NCBI RefSeq assembly: GCF_001194135.2
Contig: NC_068992.1
Location: 6,861,190 to 6,925,189 of the forward strand
Length of the DNA: 64,000 nt
Source of the DNA: Octopus bimaculoides
Taxonomy: Eukaryota
Direction: 5' to 3'
The position numbers and the translations under genes were made by a program. This document shows positions 53,780 to 64,000 of the stretch, piece by piece. Numbering within the stretch: the stretch's first letter is position 1; the number at the start of each line of letters is the position of its first letter. Below the pieces are notes generated by a model that was not told where the DNA came from, did not search any database, and was given only the letters and a program-made list of their open reading frames with translations.

Positions 53780-54700
53780 GTGACATATTAAGCATTTGTA
53801 GATTATTACTAACATTTCCAACTTTAACATATAAAACGTTATGGGTGGATTTCGTAGCTGGAATCTGAAAGAAGCCCACCATATGTATGGTGGCTCCAGT
53901 GGAGCATACTAGCTTTCTTCCTCTGCACTCATTGCATGTACTCTGCATTTAGGGCCCACTTCTCAATACTATGTAGTACTGTTGTTTCTACACATGCATC
54001 ATACAATCTTCCTTTCACTTGGAAAGGAAACCTTTGGTAGCCAACAATGGCAAATGCTCTCTGAACTTTCTTCATCTTATTCTTATTCTGACAATTACAT
54101 TTTTAGTACATCTTTCTTCACAGCTAATTAGGTCACCTAAGTTGCAAAAATTCTCCTCTACCTCTAGAGAGTCTCCAGAGCATTTGGGAAAATCACTTTA
54201 CCATATATCTGTAGACTTTATGGCTCCTGTGCATCTTCCAAACTTGTTTCTCTGTTAATCTTCCTATTATTCCACTGCACCCCTTGTGTGTTCATAGCTT
54301 GCACTAAATACTCTGGATGGAATTCCTACCTATATACCATTTCTACATATTGAGCTGGGCCATTTATTTGAGGTGGGTAGGATCCTGTTCATTTTCTTGC
54401 TTACTAGAACCTTGTTCTTTGCTATAATAAATTTAAAGCCCTTTGATTCTAGGTTTTGCTTCCACACTTGGAATTTATTTTTCGAGTTCTGTTACAGATT
54501 CTGTTATGAAAGCAAGATCATGAGCATATAGTAGTTCTCAAGGGTAGTCAGACTTAAATTTCTCTGTTATCGCCTGAACAGCAATGATGAATAGGAAAGG
54601 GTTAAGGTTTGGGCCTCAGTGAACACCTACTTGTCCACTAGATTTATCACTGTACTTATGACTAACTTATCCCTCCCCCAGAATTGCTGGCCTTGTATCT
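53780..54700 (-). mobile_element. Degenerate RTE RT, about 0.9 kb
   Basis: KGRLYDACVETTVLHSIEKWALNAE...ASML resembles RTE KGRLYDACVRTAMLHGSETW. The upstream part contains GVHxG..NPFLFII. Confidence 0.75.
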
Positions 54701-54934
54701 AAGTAATAAACTGTATGAATAATTATGTTAATAAATGACATTTATTGTCCTCTATGCGAGACAGAGTCAGACAAAGAGACAATAATGTTCTATAAATTCT
54801 AGCTTTCGACAAATGAATGTTAAATCAAAAATGTTTCTCACTTCATTCCTTCACAATGAAATTTGAATGTGTGTGTGTGCATGTGTGTACTTTTGTACAT
54901 GTATTCATATTTGTGTGTGTAAGTTTGAGTGTGT

Positions 54935-55000
54935 GTGTGTGTGTGTGTGTGCAAGTCTGTGTGTGTGTACAAGTCTTTGTGTGTGTGCAAGTCTGTGTGC
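54935..55000. repeat. About 18-bp minisatellite (gtgtgtgtgcaagtctgt) x3, derived from (GT)n
   Basis: Direct reading. Confidence 0.7.
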
Positions 55001-55639
55001 GAGTGTGTACTCCATATGGTCAATTACATGAAGCTATTGAGTCCAAAGATGTGTTTCTCTTTGTGATGAAATTGACAAATATGCACACACATACACACGT
55101 GCATGCATAAATACATAAGTATTTTCCACCACCCATACCATGTCTTTACCCATCCTCCACTGAATTTAACACCTTGGTCAGTTCTTCTCCCAAGAACATC
55201 AACACCTTAGAATTTCCCTATTGGCCCATGTTTCTTTCCCCACCACCCCTCAACAGACACTAACTTATTAACTATATTGATCTATCAGCCTTGATGGGCC
55301 TGCAAATGTCATGGACACTACATCTTCCTTCTGAGCAAACCATAAAAAATAATACCATTATCGAGTTTCGTTAATTGGTGGTATTTACAATTCTACTTAA
55401 TTTCGATTTGCTTCAGCTGTGATGAAATTGGTGTCATAGTAATTTGGTGATAAATGTATTGGCTTCAATCCCTAGCGATACTAATTTAATTTGCTTGCTA
55501 AAGTATAATTTCTTTCAGGGGTGGACTACGGTACCAGCTCTTATTGGTATTATAAGTGATTACTGCTTGTAAAAAAAAAAAATCATCCATCTATGAAGTA
55601 TTTTTTCATGGCTGTCCAAATTTACTACACGACAAACTA

Positions 55640-55920
55640 AGCATGAAATCCTCATCATCATCATTTGCATCTCTGTTCTCCTCATTATCATCATAATCAA
55701 CCCCATTACCATTAAAAGAAATCATTATCATCAACATAATCATTATCCTTCTACTCCTTCTCCACTGCCACATCATCATTATCATGGTTGTCTTCATTGT
55801 TTGCATCTCCATACTCCTCATTATCATCAAATTAGTCCCCATTATCATTAAAAGAAATCATTCTCACTATGATGATGATGATCATCATCATCATCCTTGT
55901 ACTCCTCAGCATCATTCATT
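55640..55920. repeat. Degenerate (CAT/GAT)n low-complexity tract with an internal duplication of about 137 bp
   Basis: ccatta(c/t)cattaaaagaaatcatt occurs twice (about 55702 and 55839). Confidence 0.75.
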
Positions 55921-55979
55921 TGTTTCCTTTTTCTAATAGAATGATAGGTTTACAAGCAGTACAATATATTTCTATTCTT

Positions 55980-57060
55980 CAATTTGCATAATCTTATCTG
56001 TGTGGCATTCTTATCTTTTACTGTATACTATTAATTCATGAAACAACCTGATCTCAATTTGCCATAGGTATCTCTGACATTCCATCATGATACTTTGCTG
56101 CACCACATCTGACCCTCCTTTCTTTATCAGTCAATGCTGTTGATCTCCAACTGATGCCTCATCTCAATTATACAACATTTCAGATGTGTTAACACTACAC
56201 ATTTAATATTTCATACCAAACTTAGTCATCATCTTCATGCAATGCTCATGAGCCAACAAGAAAGCTTTTATGTGGATACATGAGTTATTAGAAACAACAG
56301 CCAAGTCTCTTTTAAGATGCAACTTACCATCTTAAACAAGGTATATTAGATAATATAACCTTAGATATGTTATATCTGATGATGGTAGCTGGTATTCCTT
56401 TCATCAAAAGTCTACTCAATTGGGTTTGACATCGGCCTCAACAACATATTCTTAACAATGCTTGCTTTGTACACAGAGAGAGATGCACTTTTTCATCCTA
56501 ATGGAGGTAATATCTTCCTGGAGTTTTCCCATTACTTTTCCTTTCAAGTACTTTTTCTCTGGGACCACTTTCACTAGTACTTTTTCTCCGGGACCACCTA
56601 TTTCCCATTTAGTATCGGTTTATGTGCTCACTGTTTACATTTAGTAATTTAGTTTCTGCCCTGTTAATGTTGAAATGTTTTGATACCAAACACTGGAGCA
56701 TTTTCAACAGGCTTCTCAACAGTTTCTGCATGGAAAACAAATCTCTTCAGTGTTCAAAATTTTCCAAGGACACCCAGACCTTGATTACTGTGTTTAACTT
56801 AAGATTTATAATGACCAAAATAGGGCTAAGAACAGATCCTTGATGAACAACTACCTGACTATTAAATTCTTTCATACTGCTTAGTGCTACTCCTGATCTT
56901 TCTTACAGTAGCTATATACTTTGTCTGAATCATGCCCAGCAGTCATCTTCATGTAACATCTAAGCTACAGAGATTGACTCTCCACCCGAGTCTGTCTTTA
57001 GTTCACTGAATGCAGAGTAGAAATGTCTGTTTTTCATGTAGAATTTCTTTTCCAGTTGAT
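55980..57060 (-). mobile_element. Degenerate RTE RT fragment(s)
   Basis: VVHQGSVLSPIL at about 56800-56860, plus a decayed 3' region at about 56000-56300. Confidence 0.55.
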
Positions 57061-57849
57061 TCTATATATATATATAGCATCTGTAGTTTTATAGTCTAAA
57101 AGTGCAAACAAAAAATTGAATTTTATCCAAACTCTATCTTGTTTATGATTTTTACCAGTAGTTTCATGAATTACTGCATCAGTATATTGCGTCTGCAATT
57201 TATAATCTCTAGTGCATTTCTTTTGCTTTTTTAATGGATAATAATTGTGCTACAACACTGGTTATTAGTGATAATGTGTTCATGCTTGGCATAATTAGAT
57301 GTATAATTAGTGTAGTATTGACGAACTAGTAATTTCATCAGTAAAATAATATATTTATTGCAATAAATTTAAAAAACAAAACTTCACATTGTCTTTTTTA
57401 AATATTTACTTTTTTACCTTTGAAAAATTGTTTCACTAATAACACTAGGTTACTCTTGACACAAACAACTCCCTTGTATAGTGGTGAAGTTCAAGGGTCT
57501 TATTAATATTTTCTGATATTAATGTAAATTGGGTTGGTAGTGAACAAATTCATTTGGCAATCTGATTGTTTTGGATTATAGTTGTAGAATTTTCAAGAAA
57601 CTCTTGAGGCAATCCTCACATTATTTTCTAAAATACATTTTCAATATGTAATAATACAGAAACTCTTACTTTTATTAGTTTCAATCATTGTTATGTTGGG
57701 ACATCACCTTTAGGGATTTTTAATTGATTGTACTTATTTTATCAATCTTTGTTTATCAAATGGCTAGTTCCATTTTGAAGTAGAAAAGCAAATTGCTGAA
57801 CTATTTTACACTTGTACATACACAAGTACATAGGGTTCAATGCTTTGTA

Positions 57850-58160
57850 ACCAGGTGGTAGATGAATGATTTATGAGAGGTGCACATGCCACATACATTG
57901 GGTGCATTCAGCAAGTTCAAAGTAGGCAATGAATTGAGCAGTCAGGAAGGAGTCTATTAAGGCTCAGTGCTCAGCCCCACTTCTGCTCCTTATAGTCCTT
58001 CGAAATATAGTAGACGAGTTTAAGAACAACTGTCTGGGAAATTTCTATATACTGGTGTTCAAGTTCTTATAGTTGGATCATTAGTAGTATTAGAGAAGAA
58101 ATTCCAAATGTGGGAGCAAACATAAAGTTGAGACATCACAGAGTAAACTTAGCAAAATGA
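57850..58160 (+). mobile_element. Degenerate RTE RT fragment
   Basis: GV.*GSVLSP.LLLIVL..IVDEFKNNCLGNFLY...LEKKFQMWEQ...RVNLAK. Confidence 0.65.
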
Positions 58161-58284
58161 GGGATAGCAACATCAATCTCCTTTATTCACCAGTTGCCAC
58201 ATATAAGAGGAGGCTCTCAATAATAACAGTGTAGCAAAGCGGCAGTGCCCCAGCATGGCCACAGCTTTGAGCTGAAACTGATGA

Positions 58285-58320
<36 letters not shown>

Positions 58321-58548
58321 TCATAGCTGTATGGTTTACAGTAGACACAAGGTTTAATTCCCATAGGTGAGTTACAGCATTTTTCCATTTTATTTCATAT
58401 TAAATATATACGATACCATACTTGATATTGTGTAAGTTCTCTGTTAACAAGCCACAAGCATTGAGAGTCCTAGCTTGATAGATTAAGGTTTCTTTACAGT
58501 TTTCTGAAGACACAATGTTTCAAACCTGTAGGCAATGTTACAACTTTT

Positions 58549-58725
58549 CCATTTTCTGTTGTACATATATTTATGAGCAGAAAAGACAATCAACAGTAGT
58601 TATAAGGAATGTATTCACATGGTAAGTTGTGTATTTGTGTACGCAACTTTCCAGGTGAATACATTCCTTATGCCTCCTATTGTTTGTCTATCTTTCCCCT
58701 TCCATGCATGCTCAACGAAAATCGT
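58549..58725. repeat. Fold-back (palindromic) element, probably a MITE
   Basis: Arms 58602-58633 and 58640-58671 are reverse complements at 29 of 32 positions, with a 6-nt loop. Looser complementarity extends outward. Confidence 0.8.
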
Positions 58726-59972
58726 TCCTATACCTGACTTCCTATCTGGTGTTCCATTTTGATAAGGTACAGTTTATTGAGGGTTTTTTTCTTTTTCACA
58801 TTTGCATTTATAGAGATATAATGTTTTAAAATATCTTCAACAGTGCATTTTTTTTCTCGGCCCCAAGAACACATAATGTCACTTACCAGGCTTCCATGGT
58901 GTATAAGTGACCAGAATCGTCACATTCCCCACTGAATGGGATACCAGTCTGTTGCAGGGTACAAAACCAGCCATTTTTGAAAAAGAGGGGACAAGTCAAT
59001 TACATTGACCCCAGTGTACATCACTGGTACTTTATTTTATCAAAACCCTGATGAGATGAAAGTCAAAGCGGATTTCTGTAGGATTTGAACATAAAGTATT
59101 GCAAGAGATACCACTAAACATTTCGCCTGACACACCAATAATTTTGCCAGCTTACTACCTTCAGCATTCCATTACACATTGATAATTCATTCTTTCCTTC
59201 TATAATTTCTATTAAGTGTAGTGTCTAGCCATTGAAACTTAATAAAGTTGCTTTGCAGTTTATCAATGGATATCATTTGTAGGACACCTGTAAATTTCTT
59301 GTTTTATGAATGTTCATATTTCTATTTGCAAGCATACATTTATAGATCTTCGTAACAATGCTATATGATGTTAAAAATTTTTATTATATCTTCAATTTCA
59401 TTCATTTAGCACTCAAACTTGTCTAAAAGATTTCATGTCTCTGATTTTATTTCCAAATGAAAGCTGCTAAAAATCTAACACTGAAATACATGTAACAAGT
59501 AGAATAATACTGTAGATTCTTCTGCATAATCATCATAACCATCATTGTCATCTTTATCTTAGTTATCATTTTGCCTGTATGTGTTATAATCTTTCTTTCT
59601 GGGCTTGTTCTTACTTATTATACATAACATATTATGCTTTATCTGAGAGACCCATTCAGTTAAGAATAATGGAAATTGCATAAAATTTTTAGAAACCCTT
59701 TAAGCATTTTGAAGCAAAATAACAATGACTTCAAACTTTAACAGGAGGCCAGTAATTTTGAGGGGAAGCAACATGTTGATTGAATTGAACTCCATTACGT
59801 GACTGGTACTTCATTTTATTGACACTAAATGGAGGAAAAGTGAAAATGACCTTGTCAGGGTTTGAGCTCAATATGTTAAGAGCAAGAAGAAATGCCACTA
59901 AGCAGTTTATCTGATATGCTAATGATATGCTAATGATATGCTAATGATATGCTAATGATTCTGCCAGCTTGC

Positions 59973-60260
59973 CACATCATCATCGTTTAACGTCTGTTTT
60001 CCATGCTGGCATGGGTTGGACTGTTTGACTGGGGTCTGGGAAGCCAGGAGGCTGCACTAGGCCCCAATCTGATCTGGCAGTTTTTCTACAGTTGGATGCC
60101 CTTCCTAACGCCAACCACTCCGAGAGCGTAGCAGGTGCTTTTTTTAAGTGCCACCAGTACAAGGGCCAGATGGTGCTTTTTACATGCCACCGGCACGAAA
60201 GCCATTCAAAGCAGCACTGGCATCGGCCACGTTCACATGGTGCTTTTTACATGCTACCAG
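59973..60260 (-). mobile_element. RTE-LINE 3' end, antisense
   Basis: catcatcatcgtttaacgtctgttttccatgctggcatgggttggac...gatgcccttcctaacgccaaccactc. Confidence 0.8.
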
Positions 60261-61314
60261 CACAGGAGTCACAACTACAATTTCCATTTGATTTGATTTT
60301 GATATTGCTGTTAATGATAATACTAATAATAATCCTTTCTACTCTGGACACAAGGCCTAAAATTTTTTTTCATGGTGATGGTGAGGCTAATAGATTTCAT
60401 TGGCTCCAGTGCCCTGAAAGAATGGAAGACAAGTTGACCTCAGAGGAATCTGAACTCTGAATATAACCAGAAGAAATACCATTAAGCATTTTGTTCAGGG
60501 TTCTAACAATTGAGTCAGCTCACCATTTTAACGATGATAATCATCATCATCATCATCATCATCATCCAGTGTTTTAAATCTGGGTTTTGGTCCCAAGACC
60601 AAGGCCTCTACCACAGTTATTAAGAAATGTGGTGGAAAACTAGCTCAGGAAGGCAGACCCGAGATTTTGGGGGAGGAGGCTAGTTAATTACATTGTCCAG
60701 TATTTTACTGGCACCTATTTTATTGGACCTGAATGAATGAAAAACAAAGTTAAGCTCAGCAGAATTTGAACTCAACATGTAAAGAGCTGAAACCAATGCT
60801 GCTAAGCATTTTGTCTGATGTGTTAAACGTTTCTGCCTGTTTGTCACCTAAATAACAAAAAGAAAAAGAACAACATGGAATTATTATTAACCTGATAATT
60901 TAGGATATGCAATAAGATATATATAGCTAAATTTTTGTACAATTCTTTTTTTTCACTTCAGCATTCTCTAGGAAACATTCAATTTCCTAAATTTGAAATT
61001 GTAAAAATATTAGAGAAAAATTGTTAAATTTTTTCAATGAAAATTGTTTTGCTTATTTACTGTGACCTTTCCCAGTCTTGACTTCAAGAATATATTTTCT
61101 AACCCTCAGGCTTTATCCAAATTTATTTTTATTCATATCAAAATTATTTTTCTGAACTTTGACATTAGTGTGTGTATGCTGTTTTGGTTTTCTTTTACAA
61201 AACAAAGAAATTAAAATAAATCACTTACATTTGAAGATTATCACTATTCTCTCAATAAATAAATTAAATGAATAATGCTATATTAATATATAAATAATGA
61301 AAGCAGACACTAGG

Positions 61315-61351
<37 letters not shown>

Positions 61352-62989
61352 TAATTATATTAATAAATAATATATTTATAAATAAAAAAATCACAAATAA
61401 AGAATGAAAACATCATTAGGTAATTTGTTCAAATTAACAGTCATTTACTACCAGAACCTGACAATGACAAAACAAACATATACAGAGGTGTGTCTGATTC
61501 TCTGTCTTCTTCCTACTCTCCCCACTCCTCTCTCTCATATGCTCAAAAAACCAAGAGTAGATGCATAAGTTATAGTGTGAAAGGATATGGAGAGAAATTA
61601 TTTAGTATCAACTTAAAAAAATATCTACAGAGCATAGATTCATCTTTATTTCTTACATGGAAACTTTAATCATCAATAGAGATGCAAATGCAGATTTAAA
61701 TCATAATATTTCTAGAAAACTTGACATTCATCTCAAATTGCCTGCTATTTAAATGCAAAGTTTTCTTTTATTTTCAATCTGAGAAAAATACATTTTGCAC
61801 ACACATATGCATGCACACACACGCACACACACTAAAATGGCTGATTTCAGTTTGATCAAATATTTAATAGTTCTTTATATAATTGCATGAAAATTTCACA
61901 TTCATATTAACTTGTAGTGTACCTAAAATCTCTAACTTACAAGTTTATGGTTTTATGATTTTATGCTTAAATAATCTGCTCCTCATTTCGAGCATGGAAT
62001 GACAATATGAGCCTTCGAAGGCAGTTGCTCCCATAAATACCAAAATAAAATTTTGGTATTTCTATGTCCCAAATATAGTGTTTTTTTTTTTTCTGGTAGT
62101 TGTTGTACATACAACCATGTTTCACTGACTAAATCAGAAATCTTCCACACATCTCATATTGTTATGCTTGTTGCTATAGCTTCTGGTCAATTCTTATCAA
62201 GAAGACCTACACTGAAAGACATTCCAGCCATTTATCATCTCATTCTATTTTTAACCAATGTGCCATAATTTTTTTTTAATGCCAAAGTGTGGTTTGTGTG
62301 AGGTTTTGACACAATCCCTAGCAGTTTTTGCAACCAAATTGAGCCATCCTCTTCTATGTAGTTCTTGACTCAAGTGGAAAGATAATGTAGCATATGATAA
62401 GAACTTTCAAGATAAAATATTCTATTTTGACTTTGACCAACAAGGATACTCTATTTAAGGACCTAATAACTTGAATATTTACATAAGAGAAAAACTAAAC
62501 CCTAAAGACACAATATAATTACTCCACTCTTTTTGTAATTGACAGATGAGTTTTTTTACTGTGATTAAGTTGGAGTGCATTTTATTTTTATTATATTAGG
62601 TAATTACCATCTTTTAATTTTAATGGTTATTGATTATTGTATGAAAATATAATTAAAAGATTATACAAAGCATCTAATACTAATTAGAGAAAAAAAAACT
62701 CTTTCTTCATTTAGAAATATTTTTTGTTTGAATAATGTCTTAGTTATAATCTTGCAATTGTTGGCATAAAATTGCCACTTTTCTTTTTAGCAGTATAAGC
62801 TGCAAGTAATGATGTATGCTCCATACAAGTGTTTGTCATAAACATTAAGCCTAAAGTTTTAAAGTATTTGTTCTGCATAGTCATGAGGCAGTATATAATT
62901 ATATATTTCTGTTTCTTTTTTTTTTTACTGTCCCATTTATTTCTCTTCCTCTCTTTCTCCCCATCTCTTTCCCTCTCTCTATACATACA

Positions 62990-63025
<36 letters not shown>

Positions 63026-63089
63026 TGTGAGTATATGTATTTATGTATACCTATTTGCAAGTAGATGTATTTATATATGCAGATGTGTG

Positions 63090-63124
<35 letters not shown>

Positions 63125-63488
63125 AGATATAGATATGTGTATATAAATACATACAGATATACTCATGCACATATTACACATGCTTATATTTTTATGTTTG
63201 TGTGTATATTTATATGTATGTATATATACACACACACACACACCACATCCTTCTAAACAGAGACAGATAGATTAGATAGATAGATAGATAGATAGATAGA
63301 TACCTATACATACCTGCATATTGTGTGTCATGGGGTATAGGTCTGTTCATAAACCTATATGTTCTTAAATTTTATAGTCATCAAACCTAGAGCATCCAGG
63401 TATCAGACTTCCGTTTTGCTCCTAATTTACCAATCTCTGTAAAATTTAGTGTCTATATACATGTGTGTGTAGTGATGTATGTATTTAA

Positions 63489-63519
<31 letters not shown>

Positions 63520-63677
63520 ATGTATATATATTTATATATATATATATATAATATAATTAAGATACAGTTGAATTAGGTACTTGAATTGAGGCATTTTGCT
63601 TGGTCGGTATAATCCACACACTCAAACAATATTAATTAAATATTGAATATCAAGACTCCGAGCAGGGATGTTTGTAC

Positions 63678-63955
63678 CTGATATTCCTGCCATGTGTGCA
63701 GGAGCTGCTTAAAACAGCTGAAATGAATTGAAACCTGTATATCTTTGTTACTCATTTTGATATATATATATATATATATATATAATTATGTGTATTTCTT
63801 CTATCTTAATGAATAAAAATTCTTCTGATAGAATAAATGGGTAAATAGAAACCAATGTAGCAAAGAACTATCCGGCAGCGTCCAATTCTCTAACGGTTTT
63901 TTTCAAATGAATCAAGTCATAACCTTATCCATCTATTGTTTTCATAATCGGTCAT
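63678..63955 (-). CDS. Candidate two-exon gene start (63955-63924 + 63717-63678): MTDYENNRWIS|CFKQLLHTWQEYQ
   Basis: ATG..ATAAG|gttatg, 206-nt intron ending gtttcaattcatttcag|, then CAG|gtacaa. In phase, and in a CpG-retaining patch at the window edge. Confidence 0.25.
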
Positions 63956-64000
63956 AATGTCTTACGTTTAAGATGATTCCCATGCTTTCCCTGATGAGAA

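Noticed and set aside
55848-55919. Minus-strand mini-ORF MNDAEEYKDDDDDHHHHSENDFF*, resembling a FLAG plus His tag
   Set aside because: It arises from a natural (GAT)n/(CAT)n inversion in low-complexity DNA. It is not DYKDDDDK or His6, and there is no vector context.

Overview
AT-rich, microsatellite-dense animal genomic DNA from a draft short-read assembly, with N gaps at 15236-15755 and 39325-39945 and 10-N joins at 16181-16190 and 29218-29227. From recall, the repeat families look like those of Octopus, probably O. bimaculoides: several tRNA-headed SINEs, an RTE LINE with a (GAT)n tail, and mariner, CR1 and Penelope relics. This assignment was not checked against a database. Most of the window is intronic or intergenic repeat debris, and nearly all ORFs in the supplied track are artefacts of microsatellites or transposable elements. 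The best coding signal is the three-exon 3' end of an unidentified minus-strand gene at 14626->13123 (about 135 aa, canonical in-phase splice sites, coding-like codon bias). Weaker candidates are a chain of small plus-strand exons (26496-29950) and isolated small exons elsewhere; such exon-like strings also arise by chance in DNA this AT-rich. I see no rRNA, true tRNA, CRISPR or prokaryotic features. The most interesting leads are a textbook recursive-splice-like site at 26495/26496, a candidate exon blocked only by a UAG that ADAR could edit, young RTE tails inserted inside (TA)n tracts, and fold-back structures. All are hypotheses needing RNA-seq or genome-wide counts.
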